From NCBI GenBank assembly GCA_964016885.1, contig OZ024740.1:14570001-14634000 (forward strand): a DNA stretch of 64,000 nt. Reading direction: 5' to 3'. Position 1 is the first letter of the stretch. Each line of letters begins with the position of its first letter. Shown in pieces: positions 22,601 through 40,600 of this stretch. This DNA is from Eledone cirrhosa. Lineage: Eukaryota. The position numbers and the translations under genes were made by a program. Below the pieces are notes generated by a model. It had not been told where the DNA came from and searched no databases. It was given only the letters and a program-made list of their open reading frames with translations.

Positions 22601-25600
22601 CAACAGTAACAACAGCAGTAACAACAACAGTAACAACAACAGTAACAACAGCAGTAACAACAACAGTAACCACAACAGTAACAACAACAGTAACAACAAC
22701 AGTAACAACAACAGTAACAACAACAGTAACAACAGCAGTAACAACAACAGTAACAACAACAGTAACAACAGCAGTAACAACAACAGTAACAACAACAGTA
22801 ACAACAACAGTAACAACAACTGTAACAACAACAGTAACCACAACAGAAACCACAACAGTAACAACAACAGTAACAACAACAGTAACAACAACTGTAACAA
22901 CAACAGTAACAACAACTGTAACAACGACAGTAACAACAACAGAAACCACAACAGTAACAACATCAGTAACAACAACAGAAACCACAAGAGTAACAACGAC
23001 AGTAACAACAACAGTAACAACAACAGAAACCACAACAGTAACAACAACAGTAACAAGAGTAACAACAACTGTAACAACAACAGTAACAACAACAGTAACA
23101 ACAGCAGTAACAACAGCAGTAACAACAACAGTAACAACAACAGTAACAACAACAGTAACAACAACAGAAACAACAACAGAAACAACAACAGTAACAACAA
23201 CAATAACAACAACAGTAACAACAACTGTAACAACAACAGTAACAACAACAGTAACAACAGCAGTGACAACAGTAGTAACAACAGCAGTAACAACAACAGT
23301 AACAACAACAGTAACAACAACAGTAACAACAGCAGTAACAACAACAGTAACAACAACAGTAACAACAACAGTAACAACAACAGTAACAACAACTGTAACA
23401 ACAACAGTAAGAACAACAGTAACCACAATAGTAACAACAACAGTAACAACAACAGTAACAACAACAGTAACAACAACAGAAACAACAACAGTAACAACAA
23501 CAGTAACAACAACAGTAACAACAACAGTAACAACAACAGTAACAACAACAGTAACAACAACAGTAAGAACAACAGTAACAACAACAGTAACAACAGCAGT
23601 AACAACAGCAGTAACAACAACAGTAACAACAGCAGTAACAACAACAGTAACAACAACAGTACAACAGTAACAACAACAGTAACAACAACAGTAACAACAA
23701 CAATAACAACAGCAGTAACAACAACAGTAACAACAACAGTAACAACAACAGTAACAACAACAGTAACAACAACAGCAACAACAACAGTAACAACAACAGT
23801 AACAACAACAGTAACAACAACAGTAACAACAGCAGTAACAACAACAGCAACAACAACTGTAACAACAACAGTAACAACAACAGTAACAACAATAGTAACA
23901 ACAACAGTAACAACAACAGTAACAACAGCAGTAACAACAACAGTAACAACAACAGTAACAACAACAGTAACGACAACAGTAACAACAACTGTAACAACAA
24001 CAGTAACAACAACAGTAACCACAACAGTAACAACAACAGTAACAACAACAGTAACAACAACAGAAACAACAACAGTAACAACAACAGTAACAACAACAGT
24101 AACAACAACAGTAACAACAACCGTAACAACAACAGTAACAACAACAGTAATAACAACAGTAACAACAACAGTAACAACAACAGTAACAACAACAGTAACA
24201 ACAGCAGTAACAACGGCAGAAACAACAGCAGTAACAACAACAGTAACAACAACAGTAACAACAACAGTAACAACAACAGTAACAACAACAGTAACAACAA
24301 CAGTAACAACAACAGTAACAACAACAGTAACAACAACAGTAACAACAACAGTAACAACAACAGTAACAACAACAGTAACAACAACAGTAACAACAACAGT
24401 AACAACAACAGTAACAACAGCAGTAACAACAACAGTAACACAGCAGTAACAACAACAGTAACAACAACAGCAACAACAACAGTAACAACAACAGTAACAA
24501 CAACAGTAACAACAACAGTAACACAGCAGTAACAACAACAGTAACAACAACTGTAACAACAACAGTAACAACAACAGTAACACCAACAGTAACAACAACA
24601 GTAACAACAACAGTAACGACAACAGTAACAACAACTGTAACAACAACAGTAAGAACAACAGTAACCACAACAGTAACAACAACAGTAACAACGGCAGAAA
24701 CAACAGCAGTAACAACAACAGTAACAACAACAGTAACAACAACAGTAACAACAACAGTAACAACAACAGTAACAACAACAGTAACAACAGCAGTAACAAC
24801 AACAGTAAGAACAACAGTAACAACAACAGTAACAACAACAGTAACAACAACAGTAACAACAACAGTAACAACAACAGTAACAACAGCAGTAACAACAACA
24901 GTAACAATAACAGTAACAACAACAGAAACAACAACAGTAACAACAACAGTAACAACAACAGTAACAACAACAGTAACAACAACAGTAACAACAACAGTAA
25001 CAACAACAGTAACAACAGCAGTAACAACAGCAGTAACAACAACAGTAACAACAGCAGTAACAACAGCAGTAACAACAACAGTAACAACAGCAGTAACAAC
25101 AACAGTAACAACAACAGTAACAACAGTAACAACAACAGTAACAACAACAGTAACAACAACAGTAACAACAGCAGTAACAACAACAGTAACAACAACAGTA
25201 ACAACAACAGTAACAACAACAGTAACAACAACAGCAACAACAACAGTAACAACAACAGTAACAACAACAGTAACAACAACAGTAACACAGCAGTAACAAC
25301 AACAGTAACAACAACTGTAACAACAACAGTAACAACAACAGTAACAACAGCAGTAACAACAACAGTAACAACAACTGTAACAACAACAGTAACAACAACA
25401 GAAACCACAACAGTAACAACAACAGTAGCAACAACAGAAACCACAACAGTAACAACAACAGTAACAACAACAGTAACAACAACAGAAACCACAACAGTAA
25501 CAACAACAGTAACAACAACAGTAACAACAACAGTAACGACAACAGTAACAACAACTGTAACAACAACAGTAGCAACAACAGAAACCACAACAGTAACAAC

Positions 25601-28600
25601 AACAGTAACAACAACAGTAACAACAACAGAAACCACAACAGTAACAACAACAGAAACCACAACAGTAACAACAACAGTAACAACAACAGTAACAACAACA
25701 GTAACAACAGCAGTAACAACAACAGTAACAACAACAGTAACAACAGCAGTAACAACAACAGTAACCACAACAGTAACAACAACAGTAACAACAACAATAA
25801 CAACAACAGAAACCACAACAGTAACAACAACAGTAACAACAACAGTAACAACAACAGTAACAACAACAGTAACAACAACAGAAACCACAACAGTAACAAC
25901 AAAAGTAACAACAACAGTAACAACAACAGAAACCACAACAGTAACAACAACAGTAACAACAACAGTAACAACAACAGTAACAACAACAGTAACAACAACA
26001 GTAACAACAACAGAAACCACAACAGTAACAACAAAAGTAACAACAACAGTAACAACAACAGAAACCACAACAGTAACAACAACAGTAACACAACAGTAAC
26101 AACAACAGTAACAACAACTGTAACAACAACAGTAACAACAACAGAAACCACAACAGTAACAACAACAGTAACAACAACAGAAACCACAACAGTAACAACA
26201 ACAGTAACAAAAACAATAACAACAGAAACCACAACAGTAACAACAGCAGTAACAACAACAGTAACAACAACAGTAACAACAGCAGTAACAACAAGAGTAA
26301 CCACAACAGTAACAACAACAGTAACAACAACAGTAACAACAACAGTAACAACAACAGTAACAACAGCAGTAACAACAACAGTAACAACAACAGTAACAAC
26401 AACAGTAACAACAACTGTAACAACAACAGTAACAACAACAGAAACCACAACAGTAACAACAACAGTAACAACAACAGTAACAACAACTGTAACAACAACA
26501 GTAACAACAACTGTAACAACGACAGTAACAACAACAGAAACCACAACAGTAACAACATCAGTAACAACAACAGAAACCACAAGAGTAACAACGACAGTAA
26601 CAACAACAGTAACAACAACAGAAACCACAACAGTAACAACAACAGTAACAACAAGAGTAACAACAACTGTAACAACAACAGTAACAACAACAGTAACAAC
26701 AGCAGTAACAACAGCAGTAACAACAACAGTGACAACAACAGTAACAACAACAGTAACAACAACAGAAACAACAACAGAAACAACAACAGTAACAACAACA
26801 ATAACAACAACAGTAACAACAACTGTAACAACAACAGTAACAACAACAGTAACAACAGCAGTGACAACAGTAGTAACAACAGCAGTAACAACAACAGTAA
26901 CAACAACAGTAACAACAACAGTAACAACAGCAGTAACAACAACAGTAACAACAACAGTAACAACAACAGTAACAACAACAGTAACAACAACTGTAACAAC
27001 AACAGTAAGAACAACAGTAACCACAACAGTAACAACAACAGTAACAACAACAGTAACAACAACAGTAACAACAACAGAAACAACAACAGTAACAACAACA
27101 GTAACAACAACAGTAACAACAACAGTAACAACAACAGTAACAACAACAGTAACAACAACAGTAACAACAACAGTAACAACAACAGTAACAACAGCAGTAA
27201 GAACAGCAGTAACAACAACAGTAACAACAGCAGTAACAACAACAGTAACAACAACAGTAACAACAGTAACAACAACAGTAACAACAACAGTAACAACAAC
27301 AGTAACAACAGCAGTAACAACAACAGTAACAACAACAGTAACAACAACAGTAACAACAACAGTAACAACAACAGCAACAACAACAGTAACAACAACAGTA
27401 ACAACAACAGTAACAACAGCAGTAACAACAACAGCAACAACAACTGTAACAACAACAGTAACAACAACAGTAACAACAACAGTAACAACAACAGTAACAA
27501 CAACAGTAACAACAGCAGTAACAACAACAGTAACAACAACAGTAACAACAACAGTAACGACAACAGTAACAACAACTGTAACAACAACAGTAAGAACAAG
27601 AGTAACCACAACAGTAACAACAACAGTAACAACAACAGTAACAACAACAGAAACAACAACAGTAACAACAACAGTAACAACAACAGTAACAACAACAGTA
27701 ACAACAACCGTAACAACAACAGTAACAACAACAGTAACAACAACAGTAACAACAACAGTAACAACAACAGTAACAACAGCAGTAACAACGGCAGAAACAA
27801 CAGCAGTAACAACAACAGTAACAACAACAGTAACAACAACAGTAACAACAACAGTAACAACAACAGTAACAACAACAGTAACAACAACAGTAACAACAGC
27901 AGTAACAACAACAGTAACAACAACAGTAAGAACAACAGTAACAACAACAGTAACAACAACAGTAACAACAACAGTAACAACAGCAGTAACAACAACAGTA
28001 ACAATAACAGTAACAACAACAGAAACAACAACAGTAACAACAACAGTAACAACAACAGCAACAACAACAGTAACAACAACAGTAACAACAACAGTAACAA
28101 CATCAGTAACAACAACAGTAACAACAACAGTAACAACAGCAGTAACAACAACAGTAACAACAACAGTAACAACAGCAGTAACAACAGCAGTAACAACAAC
28201 AGTAACAACAGCAGTAACAACAACAGTAACAACAACAGTAACAACAGTAACAACAACAGTAACAACAACAGTAACAACAACAGTAACAACAGCAGTAACA
28301 ACAACAGTAACAACAACAGTAACAACAACAGTAACAACAACAGTAACAACAACAGTAACAACAACTGTAACAACAACAGTAACAACAACAGAAACCACAA
28401 CAGTAACAACAACAGTAACAACAACAGTAACAACAACTGTAACAACAACAGTAACAACAACTGTAACAACGACAGTAACAACAACAGAAACCACAACAGT
28501 AACAACATCAGTAACAACAACAGAAACCACAAGAGTAACAACGACAGTAACAACAACAGTAACAACAACAGAAACCACAACAGTAACAACAACAGTAACA

Positions 28601-31600
28601 ACAAGAGTAACAACAACTGTAACAACAACAGTAACAACAACAGTAACAACAACTGTAACAACAACAGTAACAACAACAGTAACAACAGCAGTAACAACAG
28701 CAGTAACAACAACAGTAACAACAACAGTAACAACAACAGTAACAACAACAGAAACAACAACAGAAACAACAACAGTAACAACAACAATAACAACAACAGT
28801 AACAACAACTGTAACAACAACAGTAACAACAACAGTAACAACAGCAGTGACAACAGTAGTAACAACAGCAGTAACAACAACAGTAACAACAACAGTAACA
28901 AGAACAGTAACAACAGCAGTAACAACAACAGTAACAACAACAGTAACAACAACAGTAACAACAACAGTAACAACAACTGTAACAACAACAGTAAGAACAA
29001 CAGTAACCACAACAGTAACAACAACAGTAACAACAACAGTAACAACAACAGTAACAACAACAGAAACAACAACAGTAACAACAACAGTAACAACAACAGT
29101 AACAACAAAAGTAACAACAACAGTAACAACAACAGTAACAACAACAGTAACAACAACAGTAACAACAACAGTAACAACAGCAGTAAGAACAGCAGTAACA
29201 ACAACAGTAACAACAGCAGTAACAACAACAGTAACAACAACAGTAACAACAGTAACAACAACAGTAACAACAACAGTAACAACAACAGTAACAACAGCAG
29301 TAACAACAACAGTAACAACAACAGTAACAACAACAGTAACAACAACAGTAACAACAACAGCAACAACAACAGTAACAACAACAGTAACAACAACAGTAAC
29401 AACAGCAGTAACAACAACAGCAACAACAACTGTAACAACAACAGTAACAACAACAGTAACAACAACAGTAACAACAACAGTAACAACAACAGAAACAACA
29501 ACAGTAACAACAACAGTAACAACAACAGTAACAACAACAGTAACAACAACCGTAACAACAACAGTAACAACAACAGTAACAACAACAGTAACAACAACAG
29601 TAACAACAACAGTAACAACAACAGTAACAACAGCAGTAACAACGGCAGAAACAACAGCAGTAACAACAACAGTAACAACAACAGTAACAACAACAGTAAC
29701 AACAACAGTAACAACAACAGTAACAACAACAGTAACAACAACAGTAACAACAGCAGTAACAACAACAGTAAGAACAACAGTAACAACAACAGTAACAACA
29801 ACAGTAACAACAACAGTAACAACAACAGTAACAACAGCAGTAACAACAACAGTAACAATAACAGTAACAACAACAGAAACAACAACAGTAACAACAACAG
29901 TAACAACAACAGGAACAACAACAGTAACAACAACAGTAACAATAAACAGTAACAACATCAGTAACAACAACAGTAACAACAACAGTAACAACAGCAGTAA
30001 CAACAACAGTAACAACAACAGTAACAACAGCAGTAACAACAGCAGTAACAACAACAGTAACAACAGCAGTAACAACAACAGTAACAACAACAGTAACAAC
30101 AGTAACAACAACAGTAACAACAACAGTAACAACAACAGTAACAACAGCAGTAACAACAACAGTAACAACAACAGTAACAACAACAGTAACAACAACAGTA
30201 ACAACAACAGCAACAACAACAGTAACAACAACAGTAACAACAACAGTAACAACAACAGTAACAACAGCAGTAACAACAACAGTAACAACAACTGTAACAA
30301 CAACAGTAACAACAACAGTAACAACAGCAGTAACAACAACAGTAACAACAACTGTAACAACAACAGTAACAACAACAGAAACCACAACAGTAACAACAAC
30401 AGTAGCAACAACAGAAACCACAACAGTAACAACAACAGTAACAACAACAGTAACAACAACAGAAACCACAACAGTAACAACAACAGTAACAACAACAGTA
30501 ACAACAACAGTAACAACAACAGTAACAACAACAGTAACAACAACAGTAACAACAACAGAAACCACAACAGTAACAACAAAAGTAACAACAACAGTAACAA
30601 CAACAGAAACCACAACAGTAACAACGACAGTAACAACAACAGTAACAACAACAGTAACAACAACAGTAACAACAACAGTAACAACAACAGAAACCACAAC
30701 AGTAACAACAAAAGTAACAACAACAGTAACAACAACAGAAACCACAACAGTAACAACAACAGTAACAACAACAGTAACAACAAGAGTAACAACAACTGTA
30801 ACAACAACAGTAACAACAACAGTAACAACAGCAGTAACAACAGCAGTAACAACAACAGTAACAACAACAGTAACAACAACAGTAACAACAACAGAAACAA
30901 CAACAGAAACAACAACAGTAACAACAACAATAACAACAACAGTAACAACAACTGTAACAACAACAGTAACAACAACAGTAACAACAGCAGTGACAACAGT
31001 AGTAACAACAGCAGTAACAACAACAGTAACAACAACAGTAACAACAACAGTAACAACAGCAGTAACAACAACAGTAACAACAACAGTAACAACAACAGTA
31101 ACAACAACAGTAACAACAACTGTAACAACAACAGTAAGAACAACAGTAACCACAACAGTAACAACAACAGTAACAACAACAGTAACAACAACAGTAACAA
31201 CAACAGAAACAACAACAGTAACAACAACAGTAACAACAACAGTAACAACAACAGTAACAACAACAGTAACAACAACAGTAACAACAACAGTAACAACAAC
31301 AGTAACAACAACAGTAACAACAGCAGTAAGAACAGCAGTAACAACAACAGTAACAACAGCAGTAACAACAACAGTAACAACAACAGTAACAACAGTAACA
31401 ACAACAGTAACAACAACAGTAACAACAACAGTAACAACAGCAGTAACAACAACAGTAACAACAACAGTAACAACAACAGTAACAACAACAGTAACAACAG
31501 CAGTAACAACGGCAGAAACAACAGCAGTAACAACAACAGTAACAACAACAGTAACAACAACAGTAACAACAACAGTAGCAACAACAGTAACAACAACAGT

Positions 31601-34600
31601 AACAACAGCAGTAACAACAACAGTAAGAACAACAGTAACAACAACAGTAACAACAACAGTAACAACAACAGTAACAACAACAGTAACAACAGCAGTAACA
31701 ACAACAGTAACAATAACAGTAACAACAACAGAAACAACAACAGTAACAACAACAGTAACAACAACAGGAACAACAACAGTAACAACAACAGTAACAACAA
31801 CAGTAACAACATCAGTAACAACAACAGTAACAACAACAGTAACAACAGCAGTAACAACAACAGTAACAACAACAGTAACAACAGCAGTAACAACAGCAGT
31901 AACAACAACAGTAACAACAGCAGTAACAACAACAGTAACAACAACAGTAACAACAGTAACAACAACAGTAACAACAACAGTAACAACAACAGTAACAACA
32001 GCAGTAACAACAACAGTAACAACAACAGTAACAACAACAGTAACAACAACAGTAACAACAACAGTAACAACAACTGTAACAACAACAGTAACAACAACAG
32101 AAACCACAACAGTAACAACAACAGTAACAACAACAGTAACAACAACTGTAACAACAACAGTAACAACAACTGTAACAACGACAGTAACAACAACAGAAAC
32201 CACAACAGTAACAACATCAGTAACAACAACAGAAACCACAAGAGTAACAACGACAGTAACAACAACAGTAACAACAACAGAAACCACAACAGTAACAACA
32301 ACAGTAACAACAAGAGTAACAACAACTGTAACAACAACAGTAACAACAACAGTAACAACAGCAGTAACAACAGCAGTAACAACAACAGTAACAACAACAG
32401 TAACAACAACAGTAACAACAACAGAAACAACAACAGAAACAACAACAGTAACAACAACAATAACAACAACAGTAACAACAACAGTAACAACAACCGTAAC
32501 AACAACAGTAACAACAACAGTAACAACAACAGTAACAACAACAGTAACAACAACAGTAACAACAACAGTAACAACAGCAGTAACAACGGCAGAAACAACA
32601 GCAGTAACAACAACAGTAACAACAACAGTAACAACAACAGTAACAACAACAGTAACAACAACAGTAACAACAACAGTAACAACAACAGTAACAACAGCAG
32701 TAACAACAACAGTAAGAACAACAGTAACAACAACAGTAACAACAACAGTAACAACAACAGTAACAACAACAGTAACAACAGCAGTAACAACAACAGTAAC
32801 AATAACAGTAACAACAACAGAAACAACAACAGTAACAACAACAGTAACAACAACAGGAACAACAACAGTAACAACAACAGTAACAATAAACAGTAACAAC
32901 ATCAGTAACAACAACAGTAACAACAACAGTAACAACAGCAGTAACAACAACAGTAACAACAACAGTAACAACAGCAGTAACAACAGCAGTAACAACAACA
33001 GTAACAACAGCAGTAACAACAACAGTAACAACAGCAGTAACAACAGTAACAACAACAGTAACAACAACAGTAACAACAACAGTAACAACAGCAGTAACAA
33101 CAACAGTAACAACAACAGTAACAACAACAGTAACAACAACAGTAACAACAACAGCAACAACAACAGTAACAACAACAGTAACAACAACAGTAACAACAAC
33201 AGTAACAACAGCAGTAACAACAACAGTAACAACAACTGTAACAACAACAGTAACAACAACAGTAACAACAGCAGTAACAACAACAGTAACAACAACTGTA
33301 ACAACAACAGTAACAACAACAGAAACCACAACAGTAACAACAACAGTAGCAACAACAGAAACAACAACAGTAACAACAACAGTAACAACAACAGTAACAA
33401 CAACAGTAACAACAACAGAAACCACAACAGTAACAACAAAAGTAACAACAACAGTAACAACAACAGAAACCACAACAGTAACAACGACAGTAACAACAAC
33501 AGTAACAACAACAGTAACAACAACAGTAACAACAACAGTAACAACAACAGAAACCACAACAGTAACAACAAAAGTAACAACAACAGTAACAACAACAGAA
33601 ACCACAACAGTAACAACAACAGTAACAACAACAGTAACAACAAGAGTAACAACAACTGTAACAACAACAGTAAAAACAACAGTAACAACAGCAGTAACAA
33701 CAGCAGTAACAACAACAGTAACAACAACAGTAACAACAACAGTAACAACAACAGAAACAACAACAGAAACAACAACAGTAACAACAACAATAACAACAAC
33801 AGTAACAACAACTGTAACAACAACAGTAACAACAACAGTAACAACAGCAGTGACAACAGTAGTAACAACAGCAGTAACAACAACAGTAACAACAACAGTA
33901 ACAACAACAGTAACAACAGCAGTAACAACAACAGTAACAACAACAGTAACAACAACAGTAACAACAACAGTAACAACAACTGTAACAACAACAGTAAGAA
34001 CAACAGTAACCACAACAGTAACAACAACAGTAACAACAACAGTAACAACAACAGTAACAACAACAGAAACAACAACAGTAACAACAACAGTAACAACAAC
34101 AGTAACAACAACAGTAACAACAACAGTAACAACAACAGTAACAACAACAGTAACAACAACAGTAACAACAACAGTAACAACAGCAGTAAGAACAGCAGTA
34201 ACAACAACAGTAACAACAGCAGTAACAACAACAGTAACAACAACAGTAACAACAGTAACAACAACAGTAACAACAACAGTAACAACAACAGTAACAACAG
34301 CAGTAACAACAACAGTAACAACAACAGTAACAACAACAGTAACAACAACAGTAACAACAACAGCAACAACAACAGTAACAACAACAGTAACAACAACAGT
34401 AACAACAGCAGTAACAACAACAGCAACAACAACTGTAACAACAACAGTAACAACAACAGTAACAACAACAGTAACAACAACAGTAACAACAACAGTAACA
34501 ACAGCAGTAACAACAACAGTAACAACAACAGTAACAACAACAGTAATGACAACAGTAACAACAACTGTAACAACAACAGTAAGAACAACAGTAACCACAA

Positions 34601-37600
34601 CAGTAACAACAACAGTAACAACAACAGTAACAACAACAGAAACAACAACAGTAACAACAACAGTAACAACAACAGTAACAACAACAGTAACAACAACCGT
34701 AACAACAACAGTAAGAACAACAGTAACAACAACAGTAACAACAACAGTAACAACAGCAGTAACAACGGCAGAAACAACAGCATTAACAACAACAGTAACA
34801 ACAACAGTAACAACAACAGTAACAACAACAGTAACAACAACAGTAACAACAACAGTAACAACAACAGTAACAACAGCAGTAACAACAACAGTAAGAACAA
34901 CAGTAACAACAACAGTAACAACAACAGTAACAACAACAGTAACAACAACAGTAACAACAGCAGTAACAACAACAGTAACAACAACAGTAACAACAACAGA
35001 AACAACAACAGTAACAACAACAGTAACAACAGTAACAACAACAGTAACAACAACAGTAACAACAACAGTAACAACAGCAGTAACAACAACAGTAACAACA
35101 ACAGTAACAACAGCAGTAACAACAACAGCAACAACAACAGTAACAACAACAGTAACAACAACAGTAACAACAACAGTAACAACAGCAGTAACAACAACAG
35201 TAACAACAACTGTAACAACAACAGTAACAACAACAGTAACAACAGCAGTAACAACAACAGTAACAACAACTGTAACAACAACAGTAACAACAACAGAAAC
35301 CACAACAGTAACAACAACAGTAGCAACAACAGAAACCACAACAGTAACAACAACAGTAACAACAACAGTAACAACAACAGAAACCACAACAGTAACAACA
35401 ACAGTAACAACAACAGTAACAACAACAGTAACAACAACAGTAACAACAACAGTAACAACAACAGTAACAACAACAGAAACCACAACAGTAACAACAAAAG
35501 TAACAACAACAGTAACAACAACAGAAACCACAACAGTAACAACGACAGTAACAACAACAGTAACAACAACAGTAACAACAACAGTAACAACAGCAGTAAC
35601 AACAACAGAAACCACAACAGTAACAACAAAAGTAACAACAACAGTAACAACAACAGAAACCACAACAGTAACAACAACAGTAACAACAACAGTAACAACA
35701 ACAGTAACAACAACTGTAACAACAACAGTAACAACAACAGAAACCACAACAGTAACAACAACAGTAACAACAACAGAAACCACAACAGTAACAACAACAG
35801 TAACAAAAACAATAACAACAGAAACCACAACAGTAACAACAACAGTAACAACAACAGTAACAACAACAGTAACAACAACAGTAACAACAACTGTAACAAC
35901 AACAGTAACAACAACAGAAACCACAACAGTAACAACAACAGTAACAACAACAGTAACAACAACAGAAACCACAACAGTAACAACAACAGAAACCACAACA
36001 GTAACAACAACAGTAACAACAACAGTAACAACAACAGTAACAACAGCAGTAACAACAACAGTAATAACAACAGTAACAACAGCAATAACAACAACAGTAA
36101 CCACAACAGTAACAACAACAGTAACAACAACAGTAACAACAACAGTAACAACAACAGTAACAACAGCAGTAACAACAACAGTAACAACAACAGTAACAAT
36201 AGCAGTAACAACAACAGTAACAACAACAGTAACAACAACAGTAAGAACAACTGTAACAACAACAGTAACAACAACAGAAACCACAACAGTAACAACAACA
36301 GTAACAACAACAGTAACAACAGCAGTAACAACAGCAGTAACAACAACAGTAACAACAACAGTAACAACAACAGTAACAACAACAGCAACAACAACAGTAA
36401 CAACAGCAGTAACAACAACAGTAACAACAGCAGTAACAACAACAGTAACAACAGCAGTGACAGCAGTAGTAACAACAGCAGTAACAACAACAGTAACAAC
36501 AACAGTAACAACAACAGTAACAACAGCAGTAACAACAACAGTAACAACAACAGTAACAACAACAGTAACAACAACAGTAACAACAACTGTAACAACAACA
36601 GTAAGAACAACAGTAACCACAACAGTAACAACAACAGTAACAACAACAGTAACAACAACAGAAACAACAACAGTAACAACAACAGTAACAACAACAGTAA
36701 CAACAACAGTAATAACAACAGTAACAACAACAGTAACAACAACAGTAACAACAGCAGTAACAACAGTAGTAACAACAACAGTAACAACAGCAGTAACAAC
36801 AACAGTAACAACAACAGTAACAACAGTAACAACAACAGTAACAACAACAGTAACAACAACAGTAACAACAGCAGTAACAACAACAGTAACAACAACAGTA
36901 ACAACAACAGTAACAACAACAGTAACAACAACAGTAACAACAACAGTAACAACAACAGTAACAACAACAGAAACAACAACAGTAACAACAACAGTAACAA
37001 CAACAGTAGCAACAAAAGTATCAACAACAGTAACAACAACAGTAACAACAACAGTAACAACAACAGTAACAACAACAGTAACAACAGCAGTAAGAACAGC
37101 AGTAACAACAACAGTAACAACAGCAGTAACAACAACAGTAACAACAACAGTAACAACAGTAACAACAACAGTAACAACAACAGTAACAACAACAGTAACA
37201 ACAGCAGTAACAACAACAGTAACAACAACAGTAACAACAACAGTAACAACAACAGTAACAACAACAGCAACAACAACGGTAACAACAACAGTAACAACAA
37301 CAGTAACAACAGCAGTAACAACAACAGCAACAACAACTGTAACAACAACAGTAACAACAACAGTAACAACAGCAGTGACAACAGTAGTAACAACAGCAGT
37401 AACAACAACAGTAACAACAACAGTAACAACAACAGTAACAACAGCAGTAACAACAACGGTAACAACAACAGTAACAACAACAGTAACAACAACAGTAACA
37501 ACAACTGTAACAACAACAGTAAGAACAACAGTAACCACAACAGTAACAACAACAGTAACAACAACAGTAACAACAACAGTAACAACAACAGAAACAACAA

Positions 37601-40600
37601 CAGTAACAACAACAGTAACAACAACAGTAGCAACAAAAGTATCAACAACAGTAACAACAACAGTAACAACAACAGTAACAACAACAGTAACAACAACAGT
37701 AACAACAGCAGTAAGAACAGCAGTAACAACAACAGTAACAACAGCAGTAACAACAACAGTAACAACAACAGTAACAACAGTAACAACAACAGTAACAACA
37801 ACAGTAACAACAACAGTAACAACAGCAGTAACAACAACAGTAACAACAACAGTAACAACAACAGTAACAACAACAGTAACAACAACAGCAACAACAACAG
37901 TAACAACAACGGTAACAACAACAGTAACAACAGCAGTAACAACAACAGCAACAACAACTGTAACAACAACAGTAACAACAACAGTAACAACAACAGTAAC
38001 AACAACAGTAACAACAACAGTAACAACAGCAGTAACAACAACAGTAACAACAACAGTAACAACAACAGTAACGACAACAGTAACAACAACTGTAACAACA
38101 ACAGTAAGAACAACAGTAACCACAACAGTAACAACAACAGTAACAACAACAGTAACAACAACAGAAACAACAACAGTAACAACAACAGTAACAACAACAG
38201 TAACAACAACAGTAACAACAACCGTAACAACAACAGTAACAACAACAGTAACAACAACAGTAACAACAACAGTAACAACAACAGTAACAACAACAGTAAC
38301 AACAGCAGTAACAACGGCAGAAACAACAGCAGTAACAACAACAGTAACAACAACAGTAACAACAACAGTAACAACAACAGTAACAACAACAGTAACAACA
38401 ACAGTAACAACAACAGTAACAACAGCAGTAACAACAACAGTAAGAACAACAGTAACAACAACAGTAACAACAACAGTAACAACAACAGTAACAACAACAG
38501 TAACAACAGCAGTAACAACAACAGTAACAATAACAGTAACAACAACAGAAACAACAACAGTAACAACAACAGTAACAACAACAGGAACAACAACAGTAAC
38601 AACAACAGTAACAATAAACAGTAACAACATCAGTAACAACAACAGTAACAACAACAGTAACAACAGCAGTAACAACAACAGTAACAACAACAGTAACAAC
38701 AGCAGTAACAACAGCAGTAACAACAACAGTAACAACAGCAGTAACAACAACAGTAACAACAACAGTAACAACAGTAACAACAACAGTAACAACAACAGTA
38801 ACAACAACAGTAACAACAGCAGTAACAACAACAGTAACAACAACAGTAACAACAACAGTAACAACAACAGTAACAACAACAGCAACAACAACAGTAACAA
38901 CAACAGTAACACCAACAGTAACAACAACAGTAACAACAGCAGTAACAACAACAGTAACAACAACTGTAACAACAACAGTAACAACAACAGTAACAACAGC
39001 AGTAACAACAACAGTAACAACAACTGTAACAACAACAGTAACAACAACAGAAACCACAACAGTAACAACAACAGTAGCAACAACAGAAACAACAACAGTA
39101 ACAACAACAGTAACAATAACAGTAAGAACAACAGTAACAAAAACAGAAACCACAACAGTAACAACAAAAGTAACAACAACAGTAACAACAACAGAAACCA
39201 CAACAGTAACAACGACAGTAACAACAACAGTAACAACAACAGTAACAACAACAGTAACAACAACAGTAACAACAACAGAAACCACAACAGTAACAACAAA
39301 AGTAACAACAACAGTAACAACAACAGAAACCACAACAGTAACAACAACAGTAACAACAACAGTAACAACAAGAGTAACAACAACTGTAACAACAACAGTA
39401 ACAACAACAGTAACAACAGCAGTAACAACAGCAGTAACAACAACAGTAACAACAACAGTAACAACAACAGTAACAACAACAGAAACAACAACAGAAACAA
39501 CAACAGTAACAACAACAATAACAACAACAGTAACAACAACTGTAACAACAACAGTAACAACAACAGTAACAACAGCAGTGACAACAGTAGTAACAACAGC
39601 AGTAACAACAACAGTAACAACAACAGTAACAACAACAGTAACAACAGCAGTAACAACAACAGTAACAACAACAGTAACAACAACAGTAACAACAACAGTA
39701 ACAACAACTGTAACAACAACAGTAAGAACAACAGTAACCACAACAGTAACAACAACAGTAACAACAACAGTAACAACAACAGTAACAACAACAGAAACAA
39801 CAACAGTAACAACAACAGTAACAACAACAGTAACAACAACAGTAACAACAACAGTAACAACAACAGTAACAACAACAGTAACAACAACAGTAACAACAAC
39901 AGTAACAACAGCAGTAAGAACAGCAGTAACAACAACAGTAACAACAGCAGTAACAACAACAGTAACAACAACAGTAACAACAGTAACAACAACAGTAACA
40001 ACAACAGTAACAACAACAGTAACAACAGCAGTAACAACAACAGTAACAACAACAGTAACAACAACAGTAACAACAACAGTAACAACAACAGCAACAACAA
40101 CAGTAACAACAACAGTAACAACAACAGTAACAACAGCAGTAACAACAACAGCAACAACAACTGTAACAACAACAGTAACAACAACAGTAACAACAACAGT
40201 AACAACAACAGTAACAACAACAGTAACAACAGCAGTAACAACAACAGTAACAACAACAGTAACAACAACAGTAATGACAACAGTAACAACAACTGTAACA
40301 ACAACAGTAAGAACAACAGTAACCACAACAGTAACAACAACAGTAACAACAACAGTAACAACAACAGAAACAACAACAGTAACAACAACAGTAACAACAA
40401 CAGTAACAACAACAGTAACAACAACCGTAACAACAACAGTAAGAACAACAGTAAGAACAACAGTAACAACAACAGTAACAACAACAGTAACAACAACAGT
40501 AACAACAGCAGTAACAACGGCAGAAACAACAGCATTAACAACAACAGTAACAACAACAGTAACAACAACAGTAACAACAACAGTAACAACAACAGTAACA